In this document: positions 16,775-26,643 of the stretch, in pieces
How positions within the stretch are numbered: position 1 is the stretch's first letter
Layout: each line of letters opens with the position of its first letter
Translations under genes and position numbers: made by a program
Notes under the pieces: model-generated
Database searches by the model: none
Seen by the model: only the letters and a program-made list of their open reading frames with translations
Told to the model about the DNA's origin: nothing
IMG/VR virus record: IMGVR_UViG_3300032401_000690
Span: 64,001-128,000 of that record
DNA: 64,000 nt
Reading direction: 5' to 3' (one strand)
DNA from: a virus

Positions 16775-19700
16775 ATGGCAACTAACAGTAAAGTATTTGT
16801 ATCACCAGGTGTATATACTTCAGAAGTAGACTTAAGTTTCGTTGCACAAAGCGTTGGTGTTACCACTTTAGGTATTGTGGGGGAGACTTTAAAAGGACCT
16901 GCTTTCGAACCAATCTTTATCAGAAACTTTGATGAATTTACGGCTTTTTTTGGTGGAACATCTGCTGAGAAATTCGTAAATACTCAAATCCCTAAATATG
17001 AAGCGGCTTACATCGCAAAATCATATTTACAACAATCTAACCAATTATTCGTAACAAGAGTATTGGGATTATCAGGTTATGATGCAGGACCATCTTGGTC
17101 TATCGTAACTGTGGCAAACGTTGATCCAACAACAATCGGATTTGATTGTGCTAGTGGTGAGACAGTAGATTGTAACTTTGTATGTACATCAGCACATACA
17201 TTTGATATTAATGTTGATTTTACGGGATGTACTAATAACATATCATCTGTAGGATTTACAAGTAACTTCCCAAGTCAAATTCAATCAATCTTAAATAATT
17301 CTTACCAACAATTTAATGGTGGGACATCAACTTTAAATGATGATATAACAGGAACAATATATGATATCATCACATTAGATAATCCTGGCGCAGGTCAAAC
17401 AGTAATTGATTATTTCGGTTCTATTGATACCGATGATTATAATGTTTTACATCCAATTTTTTCTGCTGGAACTGAGAATAATAATTTTAGTGTTCCCTCG
17501 GTCTCTTTAGATGCAACTAATCTTGAATCACCATTAAATGATTCTTGGTATTATGCATTATTTGATAATACAGGAAATGGTAATTATACAGGTTTCTCAT
17601 TCTATTCTTATGTAACGGGAACAACTGCCACATCAACATCAAGTAATTGTGCGTCATTCTACTCACTTAGTGTTGGAGGGTCGGTTACTTCATTTGATCC
17701 TATTGTTTCAGGAGGTACAGGTTATACGGCATCAACAACAGGTTTAACAACAGTTAACATAAGTGGTGTTGGTTCAGGATTAACGGTAGATGTGTCAGTA
17801 AGTGGTACTGGTGTTGTTACAGGGGTTACAATTAATTGTGAAGGTTCAGGGTATGAATTGGGAGACATTGTTCAGATAGTTCAGCCAGGTTCAGGTGGAG
17901 ATGCGACCTTATCGATTATTGTCGGTGCAACTACTAATGGTATCATTAATTATAATACAAATACAATAAATGTATGTTTACCATCTGGGACATCAACTTG
18001 TGTATTATCTACGTTGGTTCCTACATTCAGTGCTTGTACGAGTGGTGTTAGTGTTAATTCAGTAATACAATCAAGTGGTGGAACCGCAAATAATTTCACG
18101 TCAGGTTCAGTAACATATGTGTTAACATCTGAAGATAGTACTTTAACAACAACTTGGACGGTTAATGTTCAAATAAATGATCCTTGTAATCCTTGTTCTT
18201 TCGCTAGTGGTGGAACACAAAATACAGGAGAAATAACAACTTGTTATTCAGGTCAAGTAGTAGGTAAATTATATCTATATACAGGTAATTCATTTACTGA
18301 CTATGATGATATGGTAGTTGGAACATTAAGATCAAGAGGTATATCTGATTATGTTGATGGTACAAACCCAACATATGAAATAACAGGAGTTACTGATGTA
18401 ACACTTGATATGACAGGACCTTACTCAGGAGTTGCAAAAAATCCTTATATGTCATTTGTTGTAAATGCAACAAATTATGAAGGAACTAATTATTCTTTTG
18501 AAACTTCTTTCACTGCGAGTGATGCTAAATACATACCTAAAGTGTTTGGAACTTCCAATTTTGGAAAACCAAGAAACGTTGTTCCATTAATGATGGAAGA
18601 AAGATTCCAAAACTTGTTAAATTACGCATACAAGAAAGGATACATTAGAGGTTTAAGTAATAACCTAATTTCTTTGAATTCTGCTCAAAGTGAAGAATCA
18701 ACATCAATTGGATGGTACTTGGATAAATACCAATCACCAAGTTCTCCTTGGGTTGTATCTGAATTAAGAGGTACTAAAATTTATAACTTATTTAAGTTCT
18801 ATACTATATCAGATGGTAATACGGCAAATACTGAAGTTAAAATATCAATTTCTGATATATCATTCGCAAATCAAACATTTACTGTATTGGTTCGTGATTA
18901 TTATGATAACGATTCTGCACCTACAGTATTGGAGAAATTCACAAACTGTACGTTGGATCCAAGTCAAAATAATTTCATTGCGAAGAAAGTAGGAACACTT
19001 GATGGTGAATATGAATTGAATTCTAAATACATAATGGTTGAAATGAATGAAGATGCTCCGGTAGATGCGTTACCTTGTGGATTTGAAGGATTTAACTTTA
19101 GAGAGTATTCAGGAGCAATTCCTCCATTCCCAATTTATAAAACAAAATACGATTTCCCAGGTGAAGTAATTTATAACCCACCATTCGGTTTACCTACAGG
19201 TGGAGACAATTCTACAACAACAGGTGGTGATAACATAAGAAGAACTTATCTTGGGATGTCAAATTTCTGGGGTTATGATAGTAACTTCTTTGAATATAAA
19301 GGTAAAAGAAACCCAATTTCATCTTGTAATTTAGAAGGTGGTGAGTGGTCTTACAGAACAAAAGGTTACCATATGGATAAAAACGCAAGTGGTCTTACGA
19401 TCTCAAGTGCGTTTGCTACAAGTGGGACACCAAGATTCTTTGTTGGAGACGCACCATTTGCATCTGAACCAACAAGTGAGTTAAGTCCTTATTATAGAAT
19501 ATTCTCAAGAAAATTCACTTTGTTTGTACAAGGAGGATTTGACGGATGGGATATCTATAGAGAATTTAGAACTAACGGTGATAAATATGTTTTAGGTAGA
19601 ATAGGTTTCCTTAATGGGGCTTGTCCTACAGATAGATACCCAACGGCATCTGGATGGGGAGCGTTTAAACAAATCTCTATTGGTGATGGAACACGTACTT

Positions 19701-20599
19701 GGGCAAATACTGACTACTACGCATACTTGTTAGGTATTAGAACATTCTCTAACCCTGAAGCAGTTAATATTAACGTATTTGTTACTCCGGGTATTGATTA
19801 TATTAATAACTCTGATTTAGTTGAATCAGCGATTGATATGGTTGAGAACGAAAGAGCGGATTCGTTGTATATTACAACAACTCCAGATTACAACTTGTTC
19901 TTACCAACAACAACAGGTATTGATGGATTAATCTACCCACAAGAAGCGGTTGATAATTTAGATGGTACGGGTATTGATTCCAACTACACGGCAACTTACT
20001 ACCCTTGGGTATTAACTCGTGATAGTGTTAATAATACACAAATCTACATTCCACCAACTGCTGAGGTGACGAGAAACTTAGCATTAACCGATAATATCGC
20101 GTTCCCTTGGTTCGCAGCGGCGGGTTACACTCGTGGTATTGTAAATGCGGTTAAAGCACGTAAGAAGTTAACTCAAGAAGATAGAGATACACTTTACCTT
20201 GGAAGACTTAACCCAATTGCTACCTTCTCTGATGTTGGTACCGTAATTTGGGGTAATAAGACACTTCAATCAAGAGAATCAGCACTTGATAGAATCAACG
20301 TAAGAAGATTGTTATTACAAGCACGTAAGTTGATATCTTCAGTTTCAGTTAGATTGTTGTTTGATCAAAATGACGAACAAGTAAGACAAGATTTCTTAAA
20401 TGCGGTTAATCCAATTTTAGACTCTATCAGAAGAGACCGAGGTTTATATGATTTCCGAGTAACAGTTTCAAGTGATACTGCGGACTTAGACAGAAATCAA
20501 ATGACGGGTAAGATCTATATCAAACCAACTCGTTCGTTAGAATTTATTGATATAACGTTCTATATTACACCAACAGGTGCATCGTTTGAGAATATATAA
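16775..20599 (+). CDS. Contractile tail sheath protein, enlarged by inserted domains
   Basis: N-terminal SPGVYTSEVDLS. C-terminal WFAAAG..RG, WGNKTL, RINVRRL, IKPTRSLEFI. Confidence 0.95.
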   Translation: MATNSKVFVSPGVYTSEVDLSFVAQSVGVTTLGIVGETLKGPAFEPIFIRNFDEFTAFFGGTSAEKFVNTQIPKYEAAYIAKSYLQQSNQLFVTRVLGLSGYDAGPSWSIVTVANVDPTTIGFDCASGETVDCNFVCTSAHTFDINVDFTGCTNNISSVGFTSNFPSQIQSILNNSYQQFNGGTSTLNDDITGTIYDIITLDNPGAGQTVIDYFGSIDTDDYNVLHPIFSAGTENNNFSVPSVSLDATNLESPLNDSWYYALFDNTGNGNYTGFSFYSYVTGTTATSTSSNCASFYSLSVGGSVTSFDPIVSGGTGYTASTTGLTTVNISGVGSGLTVDVSVSGTGVVTGVTINCEGSGYELGDIVQIVQPGSGGDATLSIIVGATTNGIINYNTNTINVCLPSGTSTCVLSTLVPTFSACTSGVSVNSVIQSSGGTANNFTSGSVTYVLTSEDSTLTTTWTVNVQINDPCNPCSFASGGTQNTGEITTCYSGQVVGKLYLYTGNSFTDYDDMVVGTLRSRGISDYVDGTNPTYEITGVTDVTLDMTGPYSGVAKNPYMSFVVNATNYEGTNYSFETSFTASDAKYIPKVFGTSNFGKPRNVVPLMMEERFQNLLNYAYKKGYIRGLSNNLISLNSAQSEESTSIGWYLDKYQSPSSPWVVSELRGTKIYNLFKFYTISDGNTANTEVKISISDISFANQTFTVLVRDYYDNDSAPTVLEKFTNCTLDPSQNNFIAKKVGTLDGEYELNSKYIMVEMNEDAPVDALPCGFEGFNFREYSGAIPPFPIYKTKYDFPGEVIYNPPFGLPTGGDNSTTTGGDNIRRTYLGMSNFWGYDSNFFEYKGKRNPISSCNLEGGEWSYRTKGYHMDKNASGLTISSAFATSGTPRFFVGDAPFASEPTSELSPYYRIFSRKFTLFVQGGFDGWDIYREFRTNGDKYVLGRIGFLNGACPTDRYPTASGWGAFKQISIGDGTRTWANTDYYAYLLGIRTFSNPEAVNINVFVTPGIDYINNSDLVESAIDMVENERADSLYITTTPDYNLFLPTTTGIDGLIYPQEAVDNLDGTGIDSNYTATYYPWVLTRDSVNNTQIYIPPTAEVTRNLALTDNIAFPWFAAAGYTRGIVNAVKARKKLTQEDRDTLYLGRLNPIATFSDVGTVIWGNKTLQSRESALDRINVRRLLLQARKLISSVSVRLLFDQNDEQVRQDFLNAVNPILDSIRRDRGLYDFRVTVSSDTADLDRNQMTGKIYIKPTRSLEFIDITFYITPTGASFENI

Positions 20600-20614
20600 A
20601 CTCACTAACAACAT

Positions 20615-20653
20615 AAACAAAATCCCCCTAACATTAGGGGGATTTTGTTTTTT
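20615..20653 (+). terminator. Intrinsic terminator after the sheath gene
   Basis: AAACAAAATCCCCCTAA-ca-TTAGGGGGATTTTGTTT perfect inverted repeat followed by a T run. Confidence 0.85.
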
Positions 20654-20715
20654 ATAATAATTCGTTATATTTATAATGTAGATACGTATTAATAACATAT
20701 ATAAATATTTTACCA

Positions 20716-22236
20716 ATGAAAATAGAACTTAAATGTACCCATTGTAATCAATTATTCACAACGGATTATAAACACAGAGATAAACAATTTTGTGATAGAA
20801 CTTGTTATTTTAATTATGCAAGAGAAAATAAATTACTCGGTAAAACAAAGGATCCTAATGTTAGAGAAGAAAGAGAGTGCGTTCAATGTGGAATTAATTT
20901 TACTGAAAGAATAAAATATGAACGTAAACTATGTTCCAATGAGTGTAGAGAAAATTGGCAATTAATTGAATCTAATAAAAACAATAGAATAGATAAATCA
21001 AAAAAGAAACTATTGGAAAAATATGGTGTTGACTCAATATTCAAATTAGATGATTTTAAAAAAAATAAATCTCCAAGGTTTTTTGAAAAATATGGTGTTT
21101 ATCACCCAATGCTTGTACCAAAATTTGTTTCAAAACTTCAAGACACAATACGGAAAAAACATTTAATTAATTTAATACCAAAATTAGAAGATAAAAAAAT
21201 TGAACTATTAGATGATTATGTGACAAATAAATGTGGTAGTACTTCATATGTGTACAATTTTAAATGTAAGATTTGTGATAATATCTTTAGTAGTACCGTA
21301 ATGGGTTCGGGTAAAATCCCCATATGCCGTAAATGTTATCCAATAATTAAAAATTCAAATTTAGAACAAATCATTAAAGATTTTTTAAATAAAAAAAACA
21401 TTAAACACATAGATGGTGATAGGACAATATTAGAAGGGAAAGAAATTGATATTTTTTTACCTGAATTTAATTTAGGTATTGAAATTAATGGTAATTACTT
21501 TCATTCAGAGTTAGGTGGGGATAAAACAAAATTTTACCACATTAATAAAACAACTTTATCAAATAATAAAAACACAACATTAATACATTTTTATGAAGAT
21601 GAGATATTGTTAAAAACGGATATTGTGATTTCAAAATTATCAAGTAAATTAAATTTAAATAACACAATTTACGGTAGAAAGTGTGTTATTAAAGAAATCA
21701 CTAAAAAAGAATCAACTTTTTTTTTAAATGAAAATCATTTACAAGGTAATACAATTGATAAAATTAGATATGGACTTTTTTATGAAAATAATTTAGTGTC
21801 GGTAATGACGTTTGGTAAAAAAAGAAAATCGTTAGGAAATAAAATTAAAAATGATGGGGAATACGAGTTGGTTAGATTTTGTAATAAAAAATTCATAAAT
21901 GTGGTGGGGGGATTTTCAAAAATTTTAAAACATTTTATAAAGTTACATTCCCCAATCAAAATAGAAACTTTTGCCGATATTCGTTGGTCAGGGGTTAACT
22001 CATTAAAAACAGTTTACCACAAAAATAATTTTACATATGTAAGACAAACACCACCCAATTATTGGTATATTAAAACGGATAAATATATTAATAGACAACA
22101 TAGATTCTCATTTAGAAAAGATGTATTAGTAAGAGAGGGGTACGATAAAGAATTGACTGAATGGGATATTATGAAATTAAAAGGTTATGATAGAATATGG
22201 GATTGTGGGTCATTAAAATATGAACTTATTTTATAA
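20716..22236 (+). mobile_element. Putative homing endonuclease (Zn-ribbon repeats, PD-(D/E)XK/Vsr-like core, C-terminal GNAT/Mom-like domain)
   Basis: CxxC repeats, KYGV repeats, EIDIFLP...IEINGNYFH core, YELVRFC...VVGGFSK...IWDCG. Inserted between sheath and tube. Confidence 0.65.
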
Positions 22237-22241
22237 TTAAC

Positions 22242-22271
22242 AAAAAAGGGAGACAAGTTCTCCCTTTTTTT
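22242..22271 (+). terminator. Intrinsic terminator
   Basis: AAAAAAGGGAGA-caagt-TCTCCCTTTTTT. Confidence 0.8.
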
Positions 22272-22292
22272 ATTTATATGATATTTATTAAT

Positions 22293-23192
22293 ATGAATTA
22301 TAAAATCTTAACCAGACAAATCATTACCGAAATGGTAAATGAAATAGAAGAAAAACAATATGTTTTAAAGTATTATGCTTTTGATTGGGACGATAATCTA
22401 ATGAAAATGCCAACACAAATTGTTCTAAAGAATGAAGAAGGTAATGAAGTTGGTATGTCAACTGAAGACTTTGCGGAATATAGAACCGAGATTGGTGAAA
22501 AACCATTTAATTATAATGGTGAGACTATTATTGGTTTTGGTAATGATCCGTTCAGATATTTTAGAACTGCGGGTGATCAAAAATTCTTACGTGATATAGA
22601 AAACGCACCATTAGTAAGAGGTCCTTGGATGGATTTTGTTGAGGCGATTAACAACGGATCAGTATTCTCAATTATTACCGCTAGAGGTCACAACCCAAAT
22701 ACCCTTAAAAAAGGTGTGTATAAATTAATAATGATGGGTCGTGGTGGTTTAGATAAAGAACAACTAGTTGATAGTTTAAATATTTATAGACAAAAAATGG
22801 GACTTAAACCAATGTCTGATGAAAATACCTTAATTAAAGATTATTTAGATAGATGTAAATTTTATCCGGTAAGTTTTGGTGAAGGATCTGCAACCAACCC
22901 TGAAGAAGGTAAAGTTCGTGCAATGGAAGAATTTATAAGTTATGTGAAAAGATTATCACTTAGATTACAGAAAAAAGAATATCAATTTGTAAATGATGTG
23001 AGTAATAAATTTGTTCCAGTTTCACCTATGGTAGGATTTTCAGATGATGATATAAGAAATGTTGATGTTATGAAAAAACATTTTGAAAAAGAACCAGATA
23101 ATATATTAAGAACTTATCATACTAAAGATGATGAAAAAACTATGATAGAGCAACTAATTAATAGAACAATATTAAAAATTAAGTCAAAGTAA
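22293..23192 (+). CDS. HAD-superfamily phosphatase-like protein
   Basis: AFDWDDNL (motif I), IITARG (II), K, GFSDDD (IV). Start moved to ATG 22293, after TATTTAT. Confidence 0.65.
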   Translation: MNYKILTRQIITEMVNEIEEKQYVLKYYAFDWDDNLMKMPTQIVLKNEEGNEVGMSTEDFAEYRTEIGEKPFNYNGETIIGFGNDPFRYFRTAGDQKFLRDIENAPLVRGPWMDFVEAINNGSVFSIITARGHNPNTLKKGVYKLIMMGRGGLDKEQLVDSLNIYRQKMGLKPMSDENTLIKDYLDRCKFYPVSFGEGSATNPEEGKVRAMEEFISYVKRLSLRLQKKEYQFVNDVSNKFVPVSPMVGFSDDDIRNVDVMKKHFEKEPDNILRTYHTKDDEKTMIEQLINRTILKIKSK

Positions 23193-23260
23193 ATAGAAAA
23201 ATTATTACTCCGGTATATTTATAATAAAAACAATAAACTAAAAATTAAAATAAAAAAATT

Positions 23261-23749
23261 ATGGCTGATTTATTAATGAAAATGCCAGTTCCTTACGAAC
23301 CGAAAAGACAGAACCGATTTATAGTAAGATTCCCATCATCGTTGGGGATAAACGAGTGGTTTGTTGAAAGTGCTGCAAGACCATCAATTAAAATCGGTTC
23401 AACAGAAATTCAATTCCTAAATACTTCAACATTTGTTGCTGGTAGATTTAACTGGGATCCAATTACTGTTAAATTCCGTGATCCAATTGGACCATCTGCT
23501 TCTCAAGCATTAATGGAATGGGTTCGTTTATGTGCTGAATCTGTTACGGGACGTATGGGATATGCCGCAGGATACAAGAAAAATGTTGACATTGAGATGT
23601 TAGATCCAACAGGTGTTGTTGTTGAGAAATGGATATTAGAGGGTACATTCTTAACAGATGTGAATTTTGGTTCATTAGGTTATAGTACTGACGCATTGGC
23701 TGATATTAGTGCAACTTTACGAATGGATCGTTGCATCCTCGTGTATTGA
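23261..23749 (+). CDS. Tail tube protein (T4 gp19-like)
   Basis: EPKRQNRF..., W.PITV.F.D, LMEW, YKKN, MLDPTG...EKW. 162 aa, in the sheath-tube module. Confidence 0.85.
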   Translation: MADLLMKMPVPYEPKRQNRFIVRFPSSLGINEWFVESAARPSIKIGSTEIQFLNTSTFVAGRFNWDPITVKFRDPIGPSASQALMEWVRLCAESVTGRMGYAAGYKKNVDIEMLDPTGVVVEKWILEGTFLTDVNFGSLGYSTDALADISATLRMDRCILVY

Positions 23750-23767
23750 AATTTATACTTAAAAATA

Positions 23768-23810
23768 ATAAAAACCTGCAAGATTTACAATAGTCTTGTG
23801 GGTTTTTTAT
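23768..23810 (+). terminator. Intrinsic terminator after the tube gene
   Basis: AAAAACCTGCAAGA...TCTTGTGGGTTTTTT stem with G-U pairs. Confidence 0.65.
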
Positions 23811-23854
23811 TTACTATGGTCTAATGTGAATTATTTTTTAATAAAAAGAATTAT

Positions 23855-24619
23855 ATGGAAAATGATGCGTCACAATATGGACAAATGGATTTTAATTTAC
23901 CACACGATGTGGTACAACTTCCTTCAAGAGGAGTATTTTATAAATCTAAAAAGAAAAGTGTAAAAGTTGGATACTTAACGGCATCTGATGAAAACATTTT
24001 ATCAAATATAAATTCCAACAAAACAATTAAGGAATCAATAGTTTTACCATTATTAAGAGGTAAAATATATGAATCTGATCTTAGGCCCGAAGATTTGTTA
24101 GATGGTGATGTTGAGGCGTTGTTATTATATCTAAGAAATACTTCATTTGGTCCTGAGTATGTTGTGACACTTAAAGATCCTGGAACGGGAAAAGAATTTG
24201 AGGCAACAATTCTTCTTGACGAATTAAATATTCAAAAAACTGAAGAACAACCTAACGATGAGGGTTATTTAAAAACTACTTTACCTAGAAGTAAGTCAAG
24301 TGTTACTTTGAAGTTTTTAACTATGAGAGAAAATATTGAGATTGATCACATTCTTGAGTCGTATCCTTCAGGGATTATACCACCAACGCACACATTAAAA
24401 TTAAGTAAAATGATTGTTGATATTGATGGTAATAGTGATAGAGGTGATATCTCAAAATTTATTGAAACAATGCCAATTATGGATTCAAAACATATTAAAA
24501 AATTTATGTCCAATAATGAATCTAGATTAGATTTAAATAAAGAAGTTATCGCCCCATCAGGAGAAAGAGTGAACGTAAGTATCGCTTTTGGGGTGGAGTT
24601 TTTTCGGCCTTTCTTCTAA
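23855..24619 (+). CDS. Baseplate hub assembly / tail assembly chaperone (T4 gp26-like)
   Basis: VQLPSRG..Y, LTASDENIL, D..ALLLYLR..SFG and FFRP end. Lies between tube and tape measure. Confidence 0.7.
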   Translation: MENDASQYGQMDFNLPHDVVQLPSRGVFYKSKKKSVKVGYLTASDENILSNINSNKTIKESIVLPLLRGKIYESDLRPEDLLDGDVEALLLYLRNTSFGPEYVVTLKDPGTGKEFEATILLDELNIQKTEEQPNDEGYLKTTLPRSKSSVTLKFLTMRENIEIDHILESYPSGIIPPTHTLKLSKMIVDIDGNSDRGDISKFIETMPIMDSKHIKKFMSNNESRLDLNKEVIAPSGERVNVSIAFGVEFFRPFF

Positions 24620-24758
24620 TCACACCGCACATATATTAGATGAATATTATCTATTAGCAAAAATTTTGAGAACTTCTTATACCGAATTTATGAAAATGCC
24701 AACATATATTCGTAGATATCTTATTGATAAAATTGTTGAGGAACATAAAAAACAATAA
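24600..24758 (+). CDS. Chaperone extension ORF, probably reached by +1 frameshift
   Basis: Open +1 frame FFGLSSNHTAHILDEYYLLAKILRTSYTEFMKMPTYIRRYLIDKIVEEHKKQ*. No early ATG. Starts at GAG TTT TTT CGG. Confidence 0.55.
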   Translation, partial: FFGLSSNHTAHILDEYYLLAKILRTSYTEFMKMPTYIRRYLIDKIVEEHKKQ

Positions 24759-24790
24759 GAAAACTATTTATTGTAAAATATTGATTATTT

Positions 24791-26590
24791 ATGATGGCAG
24801 ATGAAAAGGCTCCCAGTGTTGATTCAGGAAATGATTACCTAGGATTTGATGTTGTTTCACAACTAAGTACATTATGGCAAAAACCCACAAATGTACTTAA
24901 TCAAATTGGAACTGTTATGGAGGGTGCTTTAAAAGCAATACCCAAAGCCATTGCGGATTTAGATTCAAAATCGGCAGTTTTAATAAATGCTCTTGGTGTT
25001 GGTAGTGGTAGAGGTGCGGAATTAACACAAACACTTGCTAGGGCAATTCCACAATATTTAGAATTAGGTTTAAAATCTGGTAAAGTTGTTGAAGATCAAC
25101 AAAAATTAATTGAGGCATTTAATGTTAATTTAAGATTGACTGATAAGCAACTTGTTGAATTGGCAGCAACGGCAATGGTTACGGGTCAGGCTGGTGAATT
25201 AATGGGTAAAAGTTTCATGGATGTTGGTATTCCATTATCAATGGTTGGTGATAGAATGAAAGAAGTTGTTGAGGTTGCAAACCAAGCGGGGGTAACTGTT
25301 AAGTCAGTTTCGGCTGGTGTTGTTAAGAATCTTGACAAAATGAATATCTACAATTTTGAAGGTGGTGTTAAAGGTTTGGCAAAAATGGCGGCACAGGCAT
25401 CAAGGTTAGGTATTGATATGGAAAAAATATTCACTGTTACTGAGAAGGTATTTAATCCTGAAGGTGCTATTGAGATGGCGGCCGGACTCCAAAGATTAGG
25501 TGTTACATCAAGTGAAATGTTAGATCCATTGAGATTAATGGATTTGGCTCAAAATGACCCTGAAGAATTACAAAATCAAATTGTTAATCTTGGTAAAGAA
25601 TTTACTGTTTTTAACAAACAAACCAACTCATTTGAAATATTACCAGGGGCTAAGAGAAGAATGCAGGAAATTGGTAAGGAACTTGGTATGACAGGTGGGG
25701 AATTCCAAAAAATGACTCTTAATGCCGCAAATTTTGATATGAAATTAAAATCAATCAAATTTGCTACTGGAGTAAAAGATGAGGATAAGGAATTAATTGC
25801 GACTATGGCACAGATAAATAAGTCGGGTGTTGCGGAGATTAAAGTTCGTCAAATGGTTACCGATAAGGAGGGTAAAGAAACTTGGACGGGTAAATATGAT
25901 GTAAAAGATGTTGATAAACTAACTCCTGGTGATATAGAAGCATTAAAAGAGGAAGAAATGCTTCAGGGAGCAACTATGGAAGATATTGCTAAACAACAAT
26001 TATCGCAATTAGTAACATTAAATGGGGCAATTGATAGATTAGGTGGTAGTGTTGCTTATGGTGTTGCGGGAAGTAAAACTGTTCAGGATAAGTTTAAAGG
26101 TGGAGTAAAAGAGGCAACAGAGGGAATAAATAAACTTAAACCATCTGTTACTACCGAAACTGTTGGTGATAATTTAGATGGTACTATGAAGTCAATAATG
26201 AGTTATATAGATACATTAAATTTAAATATGGGTACTATAACTACAGGTTTAGGAACTATTTATGACTATGTTAGTGATTATATTAAGGATCTTGGGGTTA
26301 AATTCCCAACATTAACAACATCAACCGCGACACCGGCAGGAACTACAACAAGTTCTGCAAGTAGTTTAGCGGCCGCTGCCGGAACCACTACACCTCCACC
26401 ACCAACAACAACGACAAATATTGCAATGACACATACATTTGATTTTAAAAATTTACCATCAAATGCTAATACTGCGGATATAAAGACAATGGTAGAGAAG
26501 GCAATAGTGGATGGTTTTAAAGATATCTCACAAGATCAGGCTCAAAACATTATTAAAGTTGGTAGTGGGTCTAATTATGGTTTAACCTAA
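24791..26590 (+). CDS. Putative tape measure protein
   Basis: Ala/Gly/Met/Lys-rich helical protein directly after the chaperone. Confidence 0.6.
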   Translation: MMADEKAPSVDSGNDYLGFDVVSQLSTLWQKPTNVLNQIGTVMEGALKAIPKAIADLDSKSAVLINALGVGSGRGAELTQTLARAIPQYLELGLKSGKVVEDQQKLIEAFNVNLRLTDKQLVELAATAMVTGQAGELMGKSFMDVGIPLSMVGDRMKEVVEVANQAGVTVKSVSAGVVKNLDKMNIYNFEGGVKGLAKMAAQASRLGIDMEKIFTVTEKVFNPEGAIEMAAGLQRLGVTSSEMLDPLRLMDLAQNDPEELQNQIVNLGKEFTVFNKQTNSFEILPGAKRRMQEIGKELGMTGGEFQKMTLNAANFDMKLKSIKFATGVKDEDKELIATMAQINKSGVAEIKVRQMVTDKEGKETWTGKYDVKDVDKLTPGDIEALKEEEMLQGATMEDIAKQQLSQLVTLNGAIDRLGGSVAYGVAGSKTVQDKFKGGVKEATEGINKLKPSVTTETVGDNLDGTMKSIMSYIDTLNLNMGTITTGLGTIYDYVSDYIKDLGVKFPTLTTSTATPAGTTTSSASSLAAAAGTTTPPPPTTTTNIAMTHTFDFKNLPSNANTADIKTMVEKAIVDGFKDISQDQAQNIIKVGSGSNYGLT

Positions 26591-26643
26591 TGTTGGTTAA
26601 TAAAAAAAATACATCTAAGGTATTTATAAGATAAAGGTTAAAT

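Noticed and set aside
26320-26420. GC-rich Thr/Ala/Pro tract at the end of the tape-measure-like gene
   Set aside because: Ordinary low-complexity coding linker without repeat-spacer structure.
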